In this document: piece by piece, positions 54,301 through 64,000 of the stretch
How the letters are laid out: each line of letters starts with the position of its first letter
Position numbering within the stretch: the first letter of the stretch is position 1
NCBI RefSeq assembly: GCF_009914755.1
Contig: NC_060946.1
DNA length: 64,000 bases
Source of the DNA: the human T2T-CHM13v2.0 reference genome, Homo sapiens
Direction: 5' to 3' (one strand)
Program-made: the position numbers and the translations under genes
The notes under the pieces: model-generated
Seen by the model: only the letters and a program-made list of their open reading frames with translations
Told to the model about the DNA's origin: nothing
The model's database searches: none

Positions 54301-57300
54301 TTTTCACCGTAGGCGTCAAGGCGCTCCAAATGTCCACTTCCAGATATCACAAAAAGAGTGTTTCAAACCTACTCTGTGAAAGGGAATATTCAACTCTGTG
54401 ACTTGAATGCACATATCACAAAGAAGTTTCTGAGAATGCTTCTGTCGAGATTTTATATGAAGATATTCCCGTTTCCAACGAAATCCTGAAATCTATCCAA
54501 ATATCCCCTCGCAGATTCTACAAAAAGAGTGTTTCAAAACTGCTCTGTAAAAAGAAAGGTTCAACTCTGTTAGTTGAGTACACACATCACAAACAAGTTT
54601 CACAGAATGCTTCTTTCTAGCTTGTAGGGGAAGATATTCCCTTTATCACCATGGTCCTCAAACCGTCCGAAACGTCCAATTCCATATACTACAAAAAGAG
54701 CGTTTCAAACCTGCTCTAGGAAAGGCAATGTTCAACTCTGTGACTTGAATGCAGACATCACAGAGCAGTTTCTGAGAATGCTTCTGTCTAGATTTTATAG
54801 GAAGATATTCCCGTTTCCAACGAAATCTTCACAGCTATCCAAATATCCACTTGCAGATTCTACAAAAAGAGTGTATCAAAACTGCTCTGTCAAAAGGAAG
54901 GTTCTTCTCTGTTAGGTGAGTGCATACGTCATAAAGGAGTTTCTGAGAATGTTTCTGTCTAGTGGTTATGGGAAGATATTTGCTTTTTCACCGTAGGCCT
55001 CAGAGCGCTCCAAATATCCACTTGCACATACTACAAAAAGAGTGCCTCAAAGCTGCTCTCTGAAACGGAATGTTCAACTCTATGAGTTGAATGCAAACAT
55101 CACAAAGACGTTTCTGAGAATGCTTCTGTCTAGATTTGATATGAAGATATTCCCGTTTCCAACGAAATCTTCAAATCTATCCAAATGTCCACTTGCAGAT
55201 TCAACAAAAAGTGTTTTTCAGAACTGCTGTATCAAAAGAAAGATCCACGTCTGTTAGCTGAGTTCACACATCACAAACAAGTTTATGAGAATGCTTCTGT
55301 CTAGTTTTTATTTGAAGATATTTCCTTTCTCACCATAGACCTGAAAGCTGTCCTAATGTTCACTTCCAGATACTACAGAAAGAGTGTTTCAAAACTGCTG
55401 TACGAAAGGGAATTTTCAACTCTGTGACTTGAATGTACACATCACAAAGAAGTTTCTGAGGATGCTGCTGTCTACTTTTTATACGTAATCCCGTTTCCAA
55501 CGAAATCCTCCAATCTATCCAAATATCCAGTTGCAGATTCCACAGAAAGACTGTTTCAAAACTGCTCTGTCAATAGAAAGGTTCAACTCTGTTAGCTGCG
55601 TGCATATATCCCAAAGAAGATTCTGAGATTGCTTCTGTCTAGTTTTTATGGGAAGATATTTCCCTTTTCACCGTAGGCGTCAAGGCGCTCCAAATGTCCA
55701 CTTCCAGATACTACAAAAAGAGTGTTTCAAACCTACTCTGTGAAAGGGAATATTCAACTCTGTGACTTGAATGCACATATCACAAAGAAGTTTCTGAGAA
55801 TGCTTCTGTCGAGATTTTATATGAGGATATTCCCCTTTCCAACGAAATCCTGAAATCTATCCAAATATCCCCTCGCAGATTCTACAAAAAGAGTGTTTCA
55901 AAACTGCTCTGTAAAAAGAAAGGTTCAACTCTGTTAGTTGAGTACACACATCACAAACAAGTTTCACAGAATGCTTCTTTCTAGCTTGTAGGGGAAGATA
56001 TTCCCTTTATCACCATGGTCCTCAAACCGTCCGAAACGTCCACTTCCATATACTACAAAAAGAGCGTTTCAAACCTGCTCTAGGAAAGGCAATGTTCAAC
56101 TCTGTGACTTGAATGCAGACATCACAGAACAGTTTCTGAGAATGCTTCTGTCTAGATTTTATAGGAAGATATTCCCGTTTCCAACGAAATCTTCACAGCT
56201 ATCCAAATATCCACTTGCAGATTCTACAAAAAGAGTGTATCAAAACTGCTCTGTCAAAAGGAAGGTTCTTCTCTGTTAGGTGAGTGCATACGTCATAAAG
56301 GAGTTTCTGAGAATGTTTCTGTCTAGTGGTTATGGGAAGATATTTGCTTTTTCACCGTAGGCCTCAGAGCGCTCCAAATATCCACTTGCACATACTACAA
56401 AAAGAGTGCCTCAAAGCTGCTCCCTGAAACGGAATGTTCAACTCTATGAGTTGAATGCAAACATCACAAAGACGTTTCTGAGAATGCTTCTGTCTAGATT
56501 TGATATGAAGATATTCCCGTTTCCAACGAAATCTTCAAATCTATCCAAATGTCCACTTGCAGATTCAACAAAAAGTGTTTTTCAGAACTGCTCTATCAAA
56601 AGAAAGATCCACCTCTGTTAGCTGAGTTCACACATCACAAACAAGTTTATGAGAATGCTTCTGTCTAGTTTTTATTTGAAGATATTTCCTTTCTCACCAT
56701 AGACCTGAAAGCTGTCCTAATGTTCACTTCCAGATACTACAGAAAGAGTGTTTCAAAACTGCTGTACGAAAGGGAATGTTCAACTCTGTGACTTGAATGC
56801 ACACATCACAAAGAAGTTTCTGAGGATGCTGCTGTCTACTTTTTATACGTAATCCCGTTTCCAACGAAATCCTCCAAGCTATCCAAACATCCACTTGCAG
56901 ATTCCACAGAAAGACTGTTTCAAAACTGCTCTGTCAATAGAAAGGTTCAACTCTGTTAGCTGCGTGCATATATCCCAAAGAAGATTCTGAGATTGCTTCT
57001 GTCTAGTTTTTATGGGAAGATATTTCCCTTTTCACCGTAGGCGTCAAGGCGCTCCAAATGTCCACTTCCAGATACTACAAAAAGAGTGTTTCAAACCTAC
57101 TCTGTGAAAGCGAATATTCAACTCTGTGACTTGAATGCACATATCACAAAGAAGTTTCTGAGAATGCTTCTGTCGAGATTTTATATGAAGATATTCCCGT
57201 TTCCAACGAAATCCTGAAATCTATCCAAATATCCCCTCGCAGATTCTACAAAAAGAGTGTTTCAAAACTGCTCTGTAAAAAGAAAGGTTCAACTCTGTTA

Positions 57301-58301
57301 GTTGAGTACACACATCACAAACAAGTTTCACAGAATGCTTCTTTCTAGCTTGTAGGGGAAGATATTCCCTTTATCACCATGGTCTTCAAACTGTCCGAAA
57401 CGTCCACTTCCATATACTACAAAAAGAGTGTTTCAAACCTGCTCTATGAAAGGCAATGTTCAACTCTGTGACTTGAATGCAGACATCACAGAGCAGTTTC
57501 TGAGAATGCTTCTGTCTAGATTTTATAGGAAGATATTCCCGTTTCCAACGAAATCTTCACAGCTATCCAAATATCCACTTGCAGATTCTACAAAAAGAGT
57601 GTATCAAAACTGCTCTGTCAAAAGGAAGGTTCTTCTCTGTTAGGTGAGTGCATACGTCATAAAGGAGTTTCTGAGAATGTTTCTGTCTAGTGGTTATGGG
57701 AAGATATTTGCTTTTTCCCCGTAGACCTCAGAGCGCTCCAAATGTCCACTTGCACATGCTACAAAAAGAGTGCTTCAAAGCTGCTCTCTGAAAGGGAATG
57801 TTCAACTCTACGAGTTGAATGTAAACATCACAAAGACGTTTCTGAGAATGCTTCTGTCTAGATTTGATATGAAGATATTCCCGTTTCCAACGAAATCTTC
57901 AAATCTATCCAAATGTCCACTTGCAGATTCAACAAAAAGTGTTTTTCAAAACTGCTGTATCAAAAGAAAGATCCACGTCTGTTAGCTGAGTTCACACATC
58001 ACAAACAAGTTTATGAGAATGCTTCTGTCTAGTTTTTATTTGAAGATATTTCCTTTCTCACCATAGACCTGAAAGCTGTCCTAATGTTCACTTCCAGATA
58101 CTACAGAAAGAGTGTTTCAAAACTGCTGTACGAAAGGGAATGTTCAACTCTGTGACTTGAATGCACACATCACAAAGAAGTTTCTGAGGATGCTGCTGTC
58201 TACTTTTTATACGTAATCCCGTTTCCAACGAAATCCTCCAAGCTATCCAAATATCCACTTGCAGATTCCACAGAAAGACTGTTTCAAAACTGCTCTGTCA
58301 A

Positions 58302-61300
58302 TAGAAAGGTTCAACTCTGTTAGCTGCGTGCATATATCCCAAAGAAGATTCTGAGATTGCTTCTGTCTAGTTTTTATGGGAAGATATTTCCCTTTTCACC
58401 GTAGGCGTCAAGGCGCTCCAAATGTCCACTTCCAGATACTACAAAAAGAGTGTTTCAAACCTACTCTGTGAAAGGGAATATTCAACTCTGTGACTTGAAT
58501 GCACATATCACAAAGAAGTTTCTGAGAATGCTTCTGTCGAGATTTTATATGAAGATATTCCCGTTTCCAACGAAATCCTGAAATCTATCCAAATATCCCC
58601 TCGCAGATTCTACAAAAAGAGTGTTTCAAAACTGCTCTGTAAAAAGAAAGGTTCAACTCTGTTAGTTGAGTACACACATCACAAACAAGTTTCACAGAAT
58701 GCTTCTTTCTAGCTTGTAGGGGAAGATATTCCCTTTATCACCATGGGCCTCCAACCGTCCAAAACATCCACTTCCATATACTACAAAAAGAGCGTTTCAA
58801 ACCTGCTCTATGAAAGGCAATGTTCAACTCTGTGACTTGAAAGCAGACATCACAGAGCAGTTTCTGAGAATGCTTCTGTCTAGATTTTATAGGAAGATAA
58901 TCCCGTTTCCAACGAAATCTTCACATCTATTCAAATATCCACTTGTAGATTCTTCAAAAAGAGTGTATCAAAACTGCTCTGTCAAAAGGAAGGTTCTTCT
59001 CTGTTAGGTGAGTGCATACGTCATAAAGGAGTTTCTGGGAATGTTTCTGTCTAGTGGTTATGGGAAGATATTTGCTTTTTCACCGTAGGCCTCAGAGCGC
59101 TCCAAATATCCACTTGCACATACTACAAAAAGAGTGCCTCAAAGCTGCTCTCTGAAACGGAATGTTCAACTCTATGAGTTGAATGCAAACATCACAAAGA
59201 CGTTTCTGAGAATGCTTCTGTCTAGATTTGATATGAAGATATTCCCGTTTCCAACGAAATCTTCAAATCTATCCAAATGTCCACTTGCAGATTCAACAAA
59301 AAGTGTTTTTCAGAACTGCTCTATCAAAAGAAAGATCCACCTCTGTTAGCTGAGTTCACACATCACAAACAAGTTTATGAGAATGCTTCTGTCTAGTTTT
59401 TATTTGAAGATATTTCCTTTCTCACCATAGACCTGAAAGCTGTCCTAATGTTCACTTCCAGATACTACAGAAAGAGTGTTTCAAAACTGCTGTACGAAAG
59501 GGAATGTTCAACTCTGTGACTTGAATGCACACATCACAAAGAAGTTTCTGAGGATGCTGCTGTCTACTTTTTATACGTAATCCCGTTTCCAACGAAATCC
59601 TCCAAGCTATCCAAATATCCACTTGCAGATTCCACAGAAAGACTGTTTCAAAACTGCTCTGTCAATAGAAAGGTTCAACTCTGTTAGCTGCGTGCATATA
59701 TCCCAAAGAAGATTCTGAGATTGCTTCTGTCTAGTTTTTATGGGAAGATATTTCCCTTTTCACCGTAGGCGTCAAGGCGCTCCAAATGTCCACTTCCAGA
59801 TACTACAAAAAGAGTGTTTCAAACCTACTCTGTGAAAGGGAATATTCAACTCTGTGACTTGAATGCACATATCACAAAGAAGTTTCTGAGAATGCTTCTG
59901 TCGAGATTTTATATGAAGATATTCCCGTTTCCAACGAAATCCTGAAATCTATCCAAATATCCCCTCGCAGATTCTACAAAAAGAGTGTTTCAAAACTGCT
60001 CTGTAAAAAGAAAGGTTCAACTCTGTTAGTTGAGTACACACATCACAAACAAGTTTCACAGAATGCTTCTTTCTAGCTTGTAGGGGAAGATATTCCCTTT
60101 ATCACCATGGGCCTCCAACCGTCCAAAACATCCACTTCCATATACTACAAAAAGAGCGTTTCAAACCTGCTCTATGAAAGGCAATGTTCAACTCTGTGAC
60201 TTGAAAGCAGACATCACAGAGCAGTTTCTGAGAATGCTTCTGTCTAGATTTTATAGGAAGATAATCCCGTTTCCAACGAAATCTTCACATCTATTCAAAT
60301 ATCCACTTGTAGATTCTTCAAAAAGAGTGTATCAAAACTGCTCTGTCAAAAGGAAGGTTCTTCTCTGTTAGGTGAGTGCATACGTCATAAAGGAGTTTCT
60401 GGGAATGTTTCTGTCTAGTGGTTATGGGAAGATATTTGCTTTTTCACCGTAGGCCTCAGAGCGCTCCAAATATCCACTTGCACATACTACAAAAAGAGTG
60501 CCTCAAAGCTGCTCTCTGAAACGGAATGTTCAACTCTATGAGTTGAATGCAAACATCACAAAGACGTTTCTGAGAATGCTTCTGTCTAGATTTGATATGA
60601 AGATATTCCCGTTTCCAACGAAATCTTCAAATCTATCCAAATGTCCACTTGCAGATTCAACAAAAAGTGTTTTTCAGAACTGCTCTATCAAAAGAAAGAT
60701 CCACCTCTGTTAGCTGAGTTCACACATCACAAACAAGTTTATGAGAATGCTTCTGTCTAGTTTTTATTTGAAGATATTTCCTTTCTCACCATAGACCTGA
60801 AAGCTGTCCTAATGTTCACTTCCAGATACTACAGAAAGAGTGTTTCAAAACTGCTGTACGAAAGGGAATGTTCAACTCTGTGACTTGAATGCACACATCA
60901 CAAAGAAGTTTCTGAGGATGCTGCTGTCTACTTTTTATACGTAATCCCGTTTCCAACGAAATCCTCCAAGCTATCCAAATATCCACTTGCAGATTCCACA
61001 GAAAGACTGTTTCAAAACTGCTCTGTCAATAGAAAGGTTCAACTCTGTTAGCTGCGTGCATATATCCCAAAGAAGATTCTGAGATTGCTTCTGTCTAGTT
61101 TTTATGGGAAGATATTTCCCTTTTCACCGTAGGCGTCAAGGCGCTCCAAATGTCCACTTCCAGATACTACAAAAAGAGTGTTTCAAACCTACTCTGTGAA
61201 AGGGAATATTCAACTCTGTGACTTGAATGCACATATCACAAAGAAGTTTCTGAGAATGCTTCTGTCGAGATTTTATATGAAGATATTCCCGTTTCCAACG

Positions 61301-62393
61301 AAATCCTGAAATCTATCCAAATATCCCCTCGCAGATTCTACAAAAAGAGTGTTTCAAAACTGCTCTGTAAAAAGAAAGGTTCAACTCTGTTAGTTGAGTA
61401 CACACATCACAAACAAGTTTCACAGAATGCTTCTTTCTAGCTTGTAGGGGAAGATATTCCCTTTATCACCATGGGCCTCCAACCGTCCAAAACATCCACT
61501 TCCATATACTACAAAAAGAGCGTTTCAAACCTGCTCTATGAAAGGCAATGTTCAACTCTGTGACTTGAAAGCAGACATCACAGAGCAGTTTCTGAGAATG
61601 CTTCTGTCTAGATTTTATAGGAAGATAATCCCGTTTCCAACGAAATCTTCACATCTATTCAAATATCCACTTGTAGATTCTTCAAAAAGAGTGTATCAAA
61701 ACTGCTCTGTCAAAAGGAAGGTTCTTCTCTGTTAGGTGAGTGCATACGTCATAAAGGAGTTTCTGGGAATGTTTCTGTCTAGTGGTTATGGGAAGATATT
61801 TGCTTTTTCACCGTAGGCCTCAGAGCGCTCCAAATATCCACTTGCACATACTACAAAAAGAGTGCCTCAAAGCTGCTCTCTGAAACGGAATGTTCAACTC
61901 TATGAGTTGAATGCAAACATCACAAAGACGTTTCTGAGAATGCTTCTGTCTAGATTTGATATGAAGATATTCCCGTTTCCAACGAAATCTTCAAATCTAT
62001 CCAAATGTCCACTTGCATAATCAACAAAAAGTGTTTTTCAGAACTGCTCTATCAAAAGAAAGATCCACCTCTGTTAGCTGAGTTCACACATCACAAACAA
62101 GTTTATGAGAATGCTTCTGTCTAGTTTTTATTTGAAGATATTTCCTTTCTCACCATAGACCTGAAAGCTGTCCTAATGTTCACTTCCAGATACTACAGAA
62201 AGAGTGTTTCAAAACTGCTGTACGAAAGGGAATGTTCAACTCTGTGACTTGAATGCACACATCACAAAGAAGTTTCTGAGGATGCTGCTGTCTACTTTTT
62301 ATACGTAATCCCGTTTCCAACGAAATCCTCCAAGCTATCCAAATATCCACTTGCAGATTCCACAGAAAGACTGTTTCAAAACTGCTCTGTCAA
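58302..62393. repeat. Triplicated single HOR variant (three near-identical 1,364-bp units)
   Basis: Identical variant pseudo-ORF (...CDLKAD...KIIPFP...SHLFKYPLVDSSKR...) at 58810, 60174 and 61538, not seen elsewhere in the window. Confidence 0.95.
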
Positions 62394-64000
62394 TAGAAAG
62401 GTTCAACTCTGTTAGCTGCGTGCATATATCCCAAAGAAGATTCTGAGATTGCTTCTGTCTAGTTTTTATGGGAAGATATTTCCCTTTTCACCGTAGGCGT
62501 CAAGGCGCTCCAAATGTCCACTTCCAGATACTACAAAAAGAGTGTTTCAAACCTACTCTGTGAAAGGGAATATTCAACTCTGTGACTTTAATGCACATAT
62601 CACAAAGAAGTTTCTGAGAATGCTTCTGTCGAGATTTTATATGAAGATATTCCCGTTTCCAAAGAAATCCTGAAATCTATCCAAATATCCCCTCGCAGAT
62701 TCTACAAAAAGAGTGTTTCAAAACTGCTCTGTAAAAAGAAAGGTTCAACTCTGTTAGTTGAGTACACACATCACAAACAAGTTTCACAGAATGCTTCTTT
62801 CTAGCTTGTAGGGGAAGATATTCCCTTTATCACCATGGTCCTCAAACCGTCCGAAACGTCCACTTCCATATACTACAAAAAGAGCGTTTCAAACCTGCTC
62901 TAGGAAAGGCAATGTTCAACTCTGTGACTTGAATGCAGACATCACAGAGCAGTTTCTGAGAATGCTTCTGTCTAGATTTTATAGGAAGATATTCCCGTTT
63001 CCAACGAAATCTTCACAGCTATCCAAATATCCACTTGCAGATTCTACAAAAAGAGTGTATCAAAACTGCTCTGTCAAAAGGAAGGTTCTTCTCTGTTAGG
63101 TGAGTGCATACGTCATAAAGGAGTTTCTGAGAATGTTTCTGTCTAGTGGTTATGGGAAGATATTTGCTTTTTCACCGTAGGCCTCAGAGCGCTCCAAATA
63201 TCCACTTGCACATACTACAAAAAGAGTGCCTCAAAGCTGCTCTCTGAAACGGAATGTTCAACTCTATGAGTTGAATGCAAACATCACAAAGACGTTTCTG
63301 AGAATGCTTCTGTCTAGATTTGATATGAAGATATTCCCGTTTCCAACGAAATCTTCAAATCTATCCAAATGTCCACTTGCAGATTTAACAAAAAGTGTTT
63401 TTCAGAACTGCTCTATCAAAAGAAAGATCCACCTCTGTTAGCTGAGTTCACACATCACAAACAAGTTTATGAGAATGCTTCTGTCTAGTTTTTATTTGAA
63501 GATATTTCCTTTCTCACCATAGACCTGAAAGCTGTCCTAATGTTCACTTCCAGATACTACAGAAAGAGTGTTTCAAAACTGCTGTACGAAAGGGAATGTT
63601 CAACTCTGTGACTTGAATGCACACATCACAAAGAAGTTTCTGAGGATGCTGCTGTCTACTTTTTATACGTAATCCCGTTTCCAACGAAATCCTCCAAGCT
63701 ATCCAAATATCCACTTGCAGATTCCACAGAAAGACTGTTTCAAAACTGCTCTGTCAATAGAAAGGTTCAACTCTGTTAGCTGCGTGCATATATCCCAAAG
63801 AAGATTCTGAGATTGCTTCTGTCTAGTTTTTATGGGAAGATATTTCCCTTTTCACCGTAGGCGTCAAGGCGCTCCAAATGTCCACTTCCAGATACTACAA
63901 AAAGAGTGTTTCAAACCTACTCTGTGAAAGGGAATATTCAACTCTGTGACTTGAATGCACATATCACAAAGAAGTTTCTGAGAATGCTTCTGTCGAGATT

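Larger units (their letters stand above)
1..64000 (-). repeat. Alpha-satellite (alphoid) HOR array: 8 x ~171-bp monomers, 1,364-bp unit, 47 complete units plus one partial
   Basis: Alphoid motifs (GTTCAACTCTGTGACTTGAATGCA, TTTCTGAGAATGCTTCTGTCTAG, CCAAATATCCACTTGCAGATTC) recur every ~171 bp. Near-identity recurs every 1,364 bp, with unit starts at 1, 1365, 2729, 4093, 5455, 6819 ... 61030, 62394, 63758. The canonical CENP-B box reads on the - strand throughout. Confidence 0.99.

Noticed and set aside
833-63441. About 75 short + strand ORFs (62-128 aa) with recurring sequences such as LRMLLSRF and KIFPFPTKSS
   Set aside because: They are stop-free stretches of the satellite repeating with the HOR period. 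Many start at GTG/TTG, and they appear or vanish with single substitutions. There is no gene structure or recognisable domain.
258-63690. Regularly spaced 17-bp conserved motif suggesting a CRISPR-like array
   Set aside because: The motif is the CENP-B box, and the ~325-bp intervening sequences are themselves repeats rather than unique spacers. No cas genes are present.
1-64000. Possible L1/Alu insertion, inversion or non-alphoid island
   Set aside because: Unit spacing is fully explained by 1,364 bp, a few 1-2 bp deletions and one 342-bp deletion, and orientation never changes.
1-64000. Claim that this window is the kinetochore/CENP-A site
   Set aside because: High homogeneity and dense CENP-B boxes indicate an active-type array, but kinetochore position is epigenetic and cannot be read from sequence.

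Overview
The whole 64-kb window is one uninterrupted, single-orientation array of primate (almost certainly human) centromeric alpha-satellite DNA. I found no genes, transposons or inversions. About 171-bp monomers form a 1,364-bp 8-mer higher-order repeat (HOR) in which CENP-B-box monomers alternate with pJ-alpha-type monomers. Counting from the TAGAAAGGTT at base 1 there are 47 complete units (46 8-mers and one 1,022-bp 6-mer at 30003-31024) plus a 243-bp partial unit. The monomer type (dimeric suprachromosomal family 2), the 8-mer period, two XbaI sites per unit (342 + 1,022 bp) and one TaqI site per unit best fit the alphaXT / D14Z9-D22Z1 (S2C14/22H1L) active array of chromosomes 14/22. 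That assignment is from recall and needs an alignment. All ORFs in the track are artefacts of the repeat, but they work well as variant barcodes. I see no new protein- or RNA-based system. The real signal is nested array history: an A-B-A-B two-HOR alternation, block duplications at offsets of 13,636, 7,842/8,184 and 5,454 bp, a near-perfect triplication, a dimer deletion with a 28-bp homologous junction, chimeric HORs, and non-random CENP-B box decay. All variant counts were read by eye and are approximate.
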